Counted from the stretch's first letter, positions 10,017 through 18,791 are shown. The stretch: DNA of 64,000 bases from Vampirovibrionales bacterium (GCA_029262635.1 JAJCZA010000028.1:24437-88436); one strand, 5' to 3'. The notes: generated from the letters alone by a model not told the origin. Numbers and translations are program-made.

Positions 10017-10349
10017 ATGAAGTTGCATGCCTATCTTGACAGTCGTCCTCAGGAGATAAAGGTTTTAAAGAGCCCAGAAACGGCAATTGGGCTGGCCCAA
10101 ATTATAAAAAACGGTATTCCGATGGGTACTTCTACTGGGGAGGCCATTCGTATTTTAGAGAATAATTATTTTAAATGCTCAGGCCCGCACGAAGAATCAA
10201 CTCAGGAAGATTATTATTACTGCGACTTGGTGAAAAAGCCTGCTTTTGCAGAAGTTCTCTTTTGTCTGGAAAAGCTTACCGTGTATTTCTCAAGTCAAAA
10301 TAATCATATGTCTGAAATCAGTACAGAATATAATCTCAACTGTATTTAG
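10017..10349 (+). CDS. hypothetical protein
   Basis: 110-aa ORF with no family recognised. Its stop abuts the ubiD-fragment stop. Confidence 0.35.
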   Translation: MKLHAYLDSRPQEIKVLKSPETAIGLAQIIKNGIPMGTSTGEAIRILENNYFKCSGPHEESTQEDYYYCDLVKKPAFAEVLFCLEKLTVYFSSQNNHMSEISTEYNLNCI

Positions 10350-10559
10350 CTACACGGATACCGGAGTTTTAGTGAGAATTGGGGTTTTGGCGAAATAGTC
10401 CTGCCATTTTTGGTCGACGAGGGTTTTGGTGAGTTCGTCCATGTTGATTTCCTCAGGCCACTCACGCTCGAAACCTTCTTCGGCCCACTTGCGGGTGGCG
10501 TCGATGCCGACCTTGCTGCCGTAAGCCCAGCGGGTTACGAGCAAGTCACTTAATCCCAA
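10350..10559 (-). pseudogene. orphan 3'-terminal fragment of a UbiD-family decarboxylase gene
   Basis: The last 60 codons plus stop (10350..10532) align without gaps to the last 60 codons of the intact gene (11523..11705). I counted about 82% aa identity by eye. Upstream of codon R10 there is no similarity. Confidence 0.75.
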
Positions 10560-10843
10560 ACACTTTATTGATTATTTATGGCAGAAGTGTGAGGAGTTTA
10601 CTCCATTAAACGCCCTTTAAAAGGCTTGTACCATCGCCGTTTTATAGAATCCTGTTGGCGGTCTAAGGTATCTCCGCTGTTTGGGCGGGTTACGTAACCC
10701 ATAAGGGTTCTTAAATGAAAGAGAGCCAATTTTAATTGGTACGATAATTATGAAATGGATCTAGACAAAAGTGGTAAGTATTTGGGATTGACAAGTTTTA
10801 TTATTCTTGTAACTCTGTACCTGACTTATAAGGAGGTTACCCT

Positions 10844-11491
10844 ATGTCTAAGCAATGGTTATTTAATACTGCTGGGCTCGGTCTAATGAGCATATTTATG
10901 GCTTGTAGTCAGAATATTATTAAAACGGAAGAAGTAACAGCATCTCCCGTTCTGTCTAAACAGTGGGTAACCTCACAGAGGTTAAATCGTAGGACTTGTC
11001 CAAATACTCAATGTGGTTCTGTCGGGCAATTGTTTTTTAGAGAAGGAACTTCAATATATGAGGAGAAGGATGGCTGGGTTAGAATTACAAGATATTATGA
11101 TGCTTCCTGCGGTAATGGTGTTAGCACTTATATAGATAGTGGGAATAAAAATTGTACGATTCAAAACGGTATTGATGAAGGGGAATTTGCTGAGTGGGTT
11201 CATAAAAAATACTTGAGCAGTGTGAGACCGGAAGATCCGGCAAAGAATGTGTCAGCCAATTACTCATTAGTTAGAGGTTCTGACGATTTTATACAATACA
11301 AAGATGCCTTTTTGAAAGCCACAGAAAGCCTTATAGAGAATAACCAGTGCACCTCTTCTGACTTTGAAGAGATGGGAGGATGGATTAAGTCAATGCAAGA
11401 AAAAGATAAACCGGTGTATTTTACTTACTGTGGAGGGATCACCCTCCAAAATAAAATATACTTGAATGCTGCAACGAGCCGAATCTATTAA
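10844..11491 (+). CDS. lipoprotein, hypothetical
   Basis: AGGAGG SD, then a signal peptide with a lipobox (MSIFMAC). Cys-rich, with a GWVRITRYY SH3-like motif. It lies inside the segment bracketed by the two ubiD 3' ends. Confidence 0.6.
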   Translation: MSKQWLFNTAGLGLMSIFMACSQNIIKTEEVTASPVLSKQWVTSQRLNRRTCPNTQCGSVGQLFFREGTSIYEEKDGWVRITRYYDASCGNGVSTYIDSGNKNCTIQNGIDEGEFAEWVHKKYLSSVRPEDPAKNVSANYSLVRGSDDFIQYKDAFLKATESLIENNQCTSSDFEEMGGWIKSMQEKDKPVYFTYCGGITLQNKIYLNAATSRIY

Positions 11492-11522
11492 ATAGAGCTA
11501 TTACTTCAAGGAAAACTCTTAA

Positions 11523-13040
11523 TTACACAGATACCGGGGTTTTGGCGGGAGCGGGGGTTGTGGTGAAATATTCCTGCCACTTTTCGTCGACAAGGGTTTT
11601 GGTGGGGGCGTCCATGTTGATTTCCTCGGGCCACTGGCGCTCAAAGCCTTCTTCGGCCCATTTACGGGTGGCGTCGATGCCGACCTTACTGCCGTAAGCC
11701 CATCGAGGGGTGGCATGATCGAGGATATCCAGCGGGCCTTCGCTGAACATCATGTCTCGCTTGGGATCCGTATCGTTAAACACATGCCAGGCAACTTGCG
11801 AAAGGTCCTGCACATCCACCTCTTTATCCACCACGATGACATATTTGCTGAACATCATCTGGCCAAAGCCCCAGATACTGCTCATCACCTTGCGGGCATG
11901 GCCGGGGAACCGTTTATCGATACTGATGATTAGGCAGTTGTGGAACACGCCTTCCCACGGCAAGTTCATATCAATAATCTCGGAAACAAAGAGCTTCACC
12001 AGCGGCAGAAAAATTCGCTCGGTGGCCTTGCCCATGTAGCAATCTTCTTGTGGCGGTTTGCCCACGATGGTGGTCATGTAGACCGGATCTTTCCGGTGAG
12101 TAACAGCGGTCACGTGAAACACCGGATAATCATCGGCTTCCGAGTAATAGCCTGTGTGATCGCCAAATGGACCTTCTCGCTTGAGTTCGTTGAGCAACAC
12201 ATAGCCCTCCAGCACGATTTCTGAATCAGCGGGCACCTCATTATCAATGGTTTTACACGGCACAACTTTTACCGGGTCGTTATGAAGGAAGCCCGCCAGA
12301 ATAAGCTCGTCAATACCCGGCGGGAGGGGTGCCGTGGCACTGTAGACAATATGCGGAGCGCACCCGATGGCCACGGCTACTTCCAGCCGATCCAGACCCA
12401 TACGGCGAGCGTTTTCGTAAAGACGTGCGCCATCGTGGTGTTTCTGCCAGTGCATGCCCGTGGTAGTGTTGTCGTATTTTTGCAGGCGATACATGCCCAC
12501 GTTGCGTTCGCCGGTTTCCGGGTCTTTCACGAAGATGGTGCCCATGGTAATAAACGGCCCACCGTCATCCGGCCAGCAAGTAAGAATGGGAAGCTTGTCC
12601 AGCATGGGAGAATTTGGATCCGTAATGACCACTTCCTGACACGGAGCCACATCCCCCTTAAACATGCGGGGGATAAAGTTGTTCAGTTCGGCGAGTTTGG
12701 GAAGCATTAGGATTTTCTGCCAAAGATTACTGGGAATATCCGGTTTAATGAAGAATTCGATGCGTTTCTGGATATCCTCATACGCTTCCACCCCCAGCGC
12801 CATTTTCATCCGCTCATGGGATCCCAGCGAATTAATCAGCACGGGCATATCATAACCCTCTACCCGGTTAAACAAGAGGGCCTTGTTATCTCGACCATCA
12901 CCCTTGTAAGCCAGTTTACTGACACGATCAGCGATTTCCGTGATTTCCAGGTCCGCCGAGACAGAAGTATTCACTTCAACCAGCTCGTTTTTCCCTTTTA
13001 ACTGCTGAATAAACTGCCGAAGATCCTTGGGGTGCGCCAT
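11523..13040 (-). CDS. ubiD: UbiD-family (prenylated-FMN dependent) aromatic acid decarboxylase
   Basis: Full-length similarity to UbiD / menaquinone-biosynthesis decarboxylases (...GPFGDHTGYYS..., ...GKPPQED...). The ATG at 13040 has an AGGAG SD, whereas the ORF-track start at 13115 has none. Confidence 0.9.
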   Translation of the reverse strand: MAHPKDLRQFIQQLKGKNELVEVNTSVSADLEITEIADRVSKLAYKGDGRDNKALLFNRVEGYDMPVLINSLGSHERMKMALGVEAYEDIQKRIEFFIKPDIPSNLWQKILMLPKLAELNNFIPRMFKGDVAPCQEVVITDPNSPMLDKLPILTCWPDDGGPFITMGTIFVKDPETGERNVGMYRLQKYDNTTTGMHWQKHHDGARLYENARRMGLDRLEVAVAIGCAPHIVYSATAPLPPGIDELILAGFLHNDPVKVVPCKTIDNEVPADSEIVLEGYVLLNELKREGPFGDHTGYYSEADDYPVFHVTAVTHRKDPVYMTTIVGKPPQEDCYMGKATERIFLPLVKLFVSEIIDMNLPWEGVFHNCLIISIDKRFPGHARKVMSSIWGFGQMMFSKYVIVVDKEVDVQDLSQVAWHVFNDTDPKRDMMFSEGPLDILDHATPRWAYGSKVGIDATRKWAEEGFERQWPEEINMDAPTKTLVDEKWQEYFTTTPAPAKTPVSV

Positions 13041-13137
13041 AGCCAGAAACTCCTGTCTTTGATAGTTAGCTCGAATCATAAACGATTGAATCGCTACCGA
13101 GTGTAGGCTAAACACATCAGGGAATCCAATCTATAGA

Positions 13138-13169
13138 GAAGAAGCCGATCATCGCTGATCGACTTCTTC
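13138..13169 (-). terminator. candidate terminator hairpin downstream of the vWD-like gene
   Basis: Stem gaagaagccgatc / gatcgacttcttc with one mismatch. The following T-tract is weak. Confidence 0.35.
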
Positions 13170-13210
13170 GTCATAGTCTCTACTGTTTTGTTTTCTAAAT
13201 GGTTTTAATT

Positions 13211-14524
13211 TTACTTTGGGTCTCCGCCGCCTTGGGCGTCGACTTTAACTTTGGCCTTCGCTTTTGGCGCATTGGGATTGGCCTGGTGATGGAATTTGTT
13301 AAAGTTTTCAAAGTCGGTGTCAAAGAGATCGCTGACTTCATATGCTTTGTATGTTTCCTTATCACCTTTTTCGGTAATGGTGCCGTCGGTTTTCTCAATG
13401 GCGCCACCACCCTGGGCACCTTTGCCCTCGTCACCGTTTCGAACTTTACCATCGCCATCGGCGCTTTGACCAAAGAGTCCGTGAGGTCGTACCCCATCAG
13501 CTACGGCGTTTCCACTCGTGAAGTCATAGTTTAAGTGGTCGCCGTTATCTTTTAGTACAACCGTCCATTCACTTGTATTGATAGTGACATTGGCACCTTT
13601 TTTAACGATTTTACCTTCAAGGTAACTGCCGTCTTTCATTTCTTCACCATTGATAAGCAATTTGCCATCAATACCGTACTCAATTTGGTCATTGCCAATC
13701 GTCAGACCCGCTTGAGACATAATCGTCGCGTCATCCTGACCTTTATACTTATCAAATTTAGCATTGAACTGAATCGACTGATCGCTCAGGATGTTATAAA
13801 TTTTTCCGGGGCTTCCCATCACATCGTATTTACCGCCTTCGGCGCCGACAAAATGCGGATCACCCCAAACTTTTCCTTTATCAACTACGATTTCTTCTTC
13901 AATGATTTCCTCTTCAAAGGGGACTTCATCAACAGCTGTTTCAGCGGCTTCATCGACTCCATTTTCTCCTTTAAAGTCAATATCGCCTTTGAACTGAGGG
14001 CCAACAAATGAACCATTTTGCATCAACGTGGTGATCATTAAGGTCATCATCTGCATCACCGGTGCGAGAATCGCCTGAATAAGTCCGGCTTCGCTATTAT
14101 TGCTACTACCACCTGCTTGTTGAGGCTGGGGCGCATAATAATAATTTTGCGGCGGATACTGAGTCGGTAAACTCTGTGCTGCCTGGAAAAATCCACCGCT
14201 CGGCTGACTTAAAGGACCAGTTGCAGGAACCGGCGCAGGAGCAGGTGCTGCGACAGGCGTTTGAGGGAAACCACTCAATCCGGCGGGCGTTCCCAAGGGA
14301 GCACCAATACTGGCGTTTGGCTGAGAGTAATTAATATTCTGAGTCACCCCATATGAACTACCCGCACCAACATTGCCAAAGGTTTGGACCGCAGGTGAGT
14401 TGGTGAAATTACTGCCCAGTGAGGTCATGTTGCTTCCGGTATGTAGAGTACCCGGATTTAAAAAGCTGTTTCCTGTGACATTATTATTAGTCTGATTGTG
14501 ATTTTGTAATCCAAATTGCATCAT
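13211..14524 (-). CDS. cysteine-free low-complexity protein with C-terminal vWD-like (GDPH) domain
   Basis: 437-aa ORF with an N/Q/G/P-rich N-terminal half and no signal peptide. It then has a Met-rich segment, an acidic linker, and VWGDPHFVGAEGGKYDVMG...LINGEE...VTI...VVL, which follows the von Willebrand type D / RGM pattern. Confidence 0.7.
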   Translation of the reverse strand: MMQFGLQNHNQTNNNVTGNSFLNPGTLHTGSNMTSLGSNFTNSPAVQTFGNVGAGSSYGVTQNINYSQPNASIGAPLGTPAGLSGFPQTPVAAPAPAPVPATGPLSQPSGGFFQAAQSLPTQYPPQNYYYAPQPQQAGGSSNNSEAGLIQAILAPVMQMMTLMITTLMQNGSFVGPQFKGDIDFKGENGVDEAAETAVDEVPFEEEIIEEEIVVDKGKVWGDPHFVGAEGGKYDVMGSPGKIYNILSDQSIQFNAKFDKYKGQDDATIMSQAGLTIGNDQIEYGIDGKLLINGEEMKDGSYLEGKIVKKGANVTINTSEWTVVLKDNGDHLNYDFTSGNAVADGVRPHGLFGQSADGDGKVRNGDEGKGAQGGGAIEKTDGTITEKGDKETYKAYEVSDLFDTDFENFNKFHHQANPNAPKAKAKVKVDAQGGGDPK

Positions 14525-14874
14525 CTTTCTCCGATCCTCCTCCCGAACAAACCTCGACTGGACAAGCCGTCAAAGATAAATCCGCGATTCCTCTTTTCTC
14601 TGTAAGTGACTTTAATGTTGGCTTATTTTCTATCCAACAAAATGAGAGATACTTAGTCTGTATGTAGACTGTGTGCGTGACTTTAAATAATTTAATTTTC
14701 GATACAATTATAAAAACAGTTTAAAAGGAGCGATTGCGCTACCCCCCTTTTTTTAGTTACGTTTCTTCATAAAAACAGGTAAAACCTCTGCGGTTAAAGG
14801 GTTTTTCTATTTTTGTGAATTCTTAAGGTCTTAAGAATTTAATGAAGTAGCCATAGCTATTCGACCTAGACCTC

Positions 14875-14883
14875 TGGTAAAAT
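14875..14883 (+). promoter_or_regulatory. candidate extended -10 element (TGgTAAAAT) for the GerMN gene
   Basis: The TGnTAAAAT match lies 48 nt upstream of the ATG at 14931. No convincing -35 element was found. Confidence 0.3.
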
Positions 14884-14930
14884 CTAAAAGACAACGTTTT
14901 AAATTAGCTGAAAATCAGCCGATTGGCTGG

Positions 14931-15533
14931 ATGAGCTTTAGGATGACTCGCCTCATGAATATAAAAAAAGCCTTTGTTTCAACCATTCTAGTGCTTCTGG
15001 TCGTGGCAACTCTGTACGGCCTAACCCTGTTTTTTGTGGGCGGGCATAATCCGCCATCCATTCCGCCCGACCCCACATCAACGGGCACAGGTGGTGATCA
15101 GGAAACCACCGAAGTCATGGTATTTTTCTCCAAAAACAAAGGTTCAGAGAGTGTGACTGAAGGGGTAGTGCGTCAAATACCCAAAGAGTTTGATGCTTTA
15201 TCCATTAACTATGCGTTAGAAGAACTGTTAGAAGGCCCGGACGAAAAGGAAGAGTCTCAGGGCTACTTCAGCGAAATCCCCAAAGGCACTCAGCTCATTG
15301 AAGTCACGCAAGCACCGAACGAGCTTCGAGTGAATTTATCCCGGCAATTTATTTCCGGTGGCGGTTCCCACAGCATGCAACAACGCATGAAGCAGTTAAA
15401 CGGCACCATTCGCTCGGTAGAGAAGGCCATCCCCGTATTCATCGACATTGAAGGCAAGCAGTTGGATCTTCTGGGTGGCGAGGGCATCATGGTGAAAGAG
15501 CCTGTCAACCAAGGAACCACTGATCCCCGCTAA
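14931..15533 (+). CDS. GerMN domain-containing secreted/membrane-anchored protein
   Basis: An N-terminal TM anchor is followed by ...VFFSKN...ALEELLEGP...GYFSEIP.GT.L..V......L.VNLS..F, typical of GerM/GerMN domains. Confidence 0.65.
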   Translation: MSFRMTRLMNIKKAFVSTILVLLVVATLYGLTLFFVGGHNPPSIPPDPTSTGTGGDQETTEVMVFFSKNKGSESVTEGVVRQIPKEFDALSINYALEELLEGPDEKEESQGYFSEIPKGTQLIEVTQAPNELRVNLSRQFISGGGSHSMQQRMKQLNGTIRSVEKAIPVFIDIEGKQLDLLGGEGIMVKEPVNQGTTDPR

Positions 15534-15694
15534 CCGGCACAGCCGGCTTTATTTAGGGTGTAGAAAAAACGACAAAAAAATAAAGCCAACCGTTCTGGCT
15601 GACCTTATGAATAACTTATCGGCCGATTTTGAAGAAACTTGAGCGTTTTTCTTAAAAATCGTAATATTTTTAATAGTTGGCTTTCAATGTTCCG

Positions 15695-15729
15695 AAAAAA
15701 CAAGGGTATTTTAAGATTCTTACCCTGTT
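15695..15729 (-). terminator. intrinsic terminator after 15738..16124
   Basis: On the minus strand, a hairpin acagggta...tacccttgt is followed by TTTTT immediately after the stop codon. Confidence 0.5.
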
Positions 15730-15737
15730 TTCTTCTT

Positions 15738-16124
15738 TTAGAGATCGTCTTGCAACAGATCAAACCGAGTGGGGAGCGTTTCCACTGTAGCAAGGAGGTT
15801 TGATAGACCTTTTTCCATCTCAGGGTTGATCGTTTTCGCCACTGAGAGCAAGTCCTTCACATCCGAAGCGATATGATCTTCCGGGTGGTTGGTTGCAAGT
15901 TGTACGATAGAAAAAGCGTTTTTCTCCAGTTTTTCAGCATTCTGACTAGTTTTATCCAAAGAATCAGCAACGGGAAGGACTGTTGGGTTTTCATTAACAA
16001 AGACAAAACTATCTGAGGATAACCCATTTTCCTGAAGAGTCGAAATTGATAAGTCTTTACCCTCGAGTTCAGATTTATCGATAAATAAGGAGAAAATACG
16101 AGAGCCTCCAAACAGTATGTTCAT
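15738..16124 (-). CDS. hypothetical protein
   Basis: 128-aa ORF with no signal peptide and no family recognised. Confidence 0.4.
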   Translation of the reverse strand: MNILFGGSRIFSLFIDKSELEGKDLSISTLQENGLSSDSFVFVNENPTVLPVADSLDKTSQNAEKLEKNAFSIVQLATNHPEDHIASDVKDLLSVAKTINPEMEKGLSNLLATVETLPTRFDLLQDDL

Positions 16125-16304
16125 TTTCCATTCCTTTCCCTGAGGTTAATCAACAAGATCATTTATATCATGAATTCAAATTCGGCTCAAAATGTTGGTC
16201 TTCATACAAAAAGCAATATTTATATGTCATTTAGCTTGGGTCTATAGTAGGATTTAGATGTTCAATATGTGCTTGTTTGTTTGCGTACAGAGGAATCAGC
16301 GATT

Positions 16305-17312
16305 ATGACCACCACGGCATCGGATGTTTTAATTGAAGGTAAGGCCAAGATTGTTCGGCAAGATACCACGGCCCATCAGGTACGGGTAATCTTTAAAGAT
16401 TGCGCAACGGCGTTTAATGGCGAAAAATTTTCGGAAATCCCCGGCAAAGGCGAGCTGAACGCTAAAATTTCGGGAATGCTTTTTCAACTACTGGAAGAAC
16501 ATCACATTCCCACCTGCTTTGTGGCTTTGGGTGAATCGGCAAATGAGCTGGTTTATAACAACCTGACCATGATCCCGCTGGAAGTAGTGGTACGGAACCA
16601 CGCTTACGGTAGCGTATGCAAACGGTTTGGGTTCGAGCAAGGTATGGCATTTAAACAACCGCTGGTCGAATACTTTTTAAAGAACGATGCCGCCAACGAT
16701 CCGCAAATTACGGAATCCATGATTCAGGAGCGGGGCTCTCTCCCGGCAAGCATTTCCTTAAGCTTGTTAGAACGGCGGGCGTTGCAAATTAACGAAATTT
16801 TTGTGGCCTTTTTCGAAGCACGAGGCATCCGGTGTGCGGATTTTAAACTAGAGTTTGGCGTGGATGCACAAGGCGTGTTGATGCTCGGCGATGAACTGAG
16901 CCCGGATAACTTTCGCCTTCGGGATGTTAAAACCGCTCAGGTATTGGATAAAGATGTATTTCGACTGGACTTAGCAGATTTGATCGAAACCTACCAAACC
17001 CTCCTTAAGCGGATGGAAGCACCGACAAAACTGGCACTGGATCAACCCCGAACCTATTGGGCGCAGGTTTTTGTCAAAAGTAGAAAAAACATCCTAAATC
17101 CGGAGAGCAAAGCCATTTTAACCTCGCTTCATAATGTTGGATTCACCAGTGTCAACGGCTTACAGGCCGGAAAACGGTTTGAAGTTCAGATTGAGGCCAA
17201 CACCATGATGGCGGCGGAACGACAACTACTGAAAATTGCCGAGGACGTATTATCCAACCCCGTGATTGAAGACTTTGAGCTAGAACTCGGACTTTCTGGA
17301 GGGGTATCATGA
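16305..17312 (+). CDS. purC: SAICAR synthetase fused to the PurS subunit of FGAM synthase
   Basis: Roughly the first 240 aa match PurC (GKAK.V...., LEVVVRN.A.GS, ELSPD..RL). Roughly the last 85 aa (YWAQVFVKSRKNILNPESKAILTSLHNVGF..V..L..GK.FEV.I...) match PurS. The ATG at 16305 has a GAGGA SD. Confidence 0.85.
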   Translation: MTTTASDVLIEGKAKIVRQDTTAHQVRVIFKDCATAFNGEKFSEIPGKGELNAKISGMLFQLLEEHHIPTCFVALGESANELVYNNLTMIPLEVVVRNHAYGSVCKRFGFEQGMAFKQPLVEYFLKNDAANDPQITESMIQERGSLPASISLSLLERRALQINEIFVAFFEARGIRCADFKLEFGVDAQGVLMLGDELSPDNFRLRDVKTAQVLDKDVFRLDLADLIETYQTLLKRMEAPTKLALDQPRTYWAQVFVKSRKNILNPESKAILTSLHNVGFTSVNGLQAGKRFEVQIEANTMMAAERQLLKIAEDVLSNPVIEDFELELGLSGGVS

Positions 17313-17992
17313 AATTTGGCATCGTCGTATTCCCCGGCTCTAACTGTGAACGGGACAGCTTCGATGCCGCTGTTCGCGCATTGAACGAGGAAGCCGTTTA
17401 CCTCTGGCATCAGGACACAGACTTGCAAGGTGTAGACGCTGTGATTTTACCTGGCGGTTTCAGCTATGGAGACTACTTGCGTTCCGGTGCATTAGCCCGA
17501 TTTTCACCCATGCTGAACTCGGTTAGAACGTTTGCTGAGCAGGGTCGACCGGTTCTTGGCATTTGCAACGGCTTTCAGGTCTTGACAGAGTCCCATCTCT
17601 TACCCGGCGCACTGACCCGGAACACGTCACTTCAGTTCCTGTGTCGGCAAGTAGCACTCACCGTAGAAAACACGAAGACTCTGTACACCCATCAATACAC
17701 TCAAGGGCAAACGATTACCCTGCCTATTGCCCATGCGGAAGGTAATTATTTCGCTCAACCAGATACCATTAAACAACTTGAAGATAACCATCAGGTGGTT
17801 TTTCGGTATGCGGAAGACGTGAATGGTTCAATAAATCGTATTGCGGGTATCTGCAATAAGGCGGGCAACGTGTTGGGAATGATGCCTCACCCGGAACGAA
17901 ACCTGTGGAAGCAAACTCAATGGACGGGCGAAGGTCGCCCGTTGTTTGACTCCCTCTACACCTCTATTCTTAAAACATTGGCGAGTGTATAA
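17309..17992 (+). CDS. purQ: FGAM synthase, glutamine amidotransferase subunit
   Basis: MKFGIVVFPGSNCERD, GICNGFQ (catalytic Cys) and MMPHPER. The start overlaps the purC/S stop (ATGA). Confidence 0.9.
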   Translation: MKFGIVVFPGSNCERDSFDAAVRALNEEAVYLWHQDTDLQGVDAVILPGGFSYGDYLRSGALARFSPMLNSVRTFAEQGRPVLGICNGFQVLTESHLLPGALTRNTSLQFLCRQVALTVENTKTLYTHQYTQGQTITLPIAHAEGNYFAQPDTIKQLEDNHQVVFRYAEDVNGSINRIAGICNKAGNVLGMMPHPERNLWKQTQWTGEGRPLFDSLYTSILKTLASV

Positions 17993-17997
17993 ATCCG

Positions 17998-18114
17998 ATG
18001 GGCTCCAACCCCTTTAAGAAAAATCGCTTTAACCGGCGCACCATTCGCCTGATTTTTATCGGTATAGCCCTTGGCTTTTTGGTGTTTTGGCTGGTATCCA
18101 GCTGGTTGGGATAA
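17998..18114 (+). CDS. candidate 38-aa single-pass membrane peptide
   Basis: Own translation: MGSNPFKKNRFNRRTIRLIFIGIALGFLVFWLVSSWLG*. It starts 5 nt after the purQ stop and is below the ORF-track size cutoff. Confidence 0.3.
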   Translation: MGSNPFKKNRFNRRTIRLIFIGIALGFLVFWLVSSWLG

Positions 18115-18171
18115 GTATTCAGCTCATTTGAAACAAATAGAAAAGTTAATTAAAAACTTATTTCTATTAAT

Positions 18172-18699
18172 TTATTGCCCAGCCTTGGCTTCTTCGTAGG
18201 CATCGGCAAGGCGTTTAACCAGGCTTTTTGCCATGTTTTGGCTTTTTCGTTGAACGGAAAAAAAACGGGAGCCTAAAAATAGACCATACATCGAGGTATC
18301 ATCACTATAGACTAAAGGCCCGGTAGGGCCGTTAAGGCGAACCGTTAGTTCGACCTCCCGGCAAGCTGGGCCATCACATGACAGATAAACCTGTCCATCA
18401 GCGGGGGACTGGACCTTTAAACGAGTTTCTTGCTCCAAAGCGGCTTGCACATGAGCAAATAGTTCAGGCAAGACATGTTTTTTTTCTAACGAGAAAGGGC
18501 GATGAAAGGGTTCCATCTCAAATCCGTTAACATCCGAAAGGCTTGGCGATTGGGCACTCACTGATAAGAAGTGACTGCTCGTCAAGATAGATGCTAGAAG
18601 CCCTAGAGCAATGACCCCCTGTCGGATAGATGACATGTTCATAAAATCGCCTACTTTCATCATTTTACCTATTTTCTGTACAATTCGCTGGATATTCAA
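18172..18699 (-). CDS. secreted hypothetical protein
   Basis: Contains a signal-like segment GVIALGLLASILTSSHFLSVSA. The true start is probably the internal Met at about 18642. Confidence 0.5.
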   Translation of the reverse strand: MNIQRIVQKIGKMMKVGDFMNMSSIRQGVIALGLLASILTSSHFLSVSAQSPSLSDVNGFEMEPFHRPFSLEKKHVLPELFAHVQAALEQETRLKVQSPADGQVYLSCDGPACREVELTVRLNGPTGPLVYSDDTSMYGLFLGSRFFSVQRKSQNMAKSLVKRLADAYEEAKAGQ

Positions 18700-18791
18700 C
18701 CCAAAATGCAGTTACTATTTTATGATAACTATTATAACCGCTTACGAAGAGCTTTGGCCCATTTGAATAGACGAAACAGGAATTTTTTATA

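Noticed and set aside
15584-15600. An extra hairpin, agcca-accgttc-tggct, flanked by A/T runs between the GerMN gene and 15738..16124. I considered it as a small RNA or a second terminator.
   Set aside because: The stem is only 5 bp. Better terminators exist for the minus-strand gene at 15695..15729, and a short ccggc/gccgg hairpin lies right after the GerMN stop at 15534..15554. The evidence is insufficient for a separate feature.
16125-16304. I looked for a purine or ZTP riboswitch upstream of purC/S.
   Set aside because: I could not find the conserved purine-riboswitch junction/loop sequences or the ZTP pseudoknot motifs by eye. The region is simply AT-rich. A covariance-model scan would be needed to exclude one completely.
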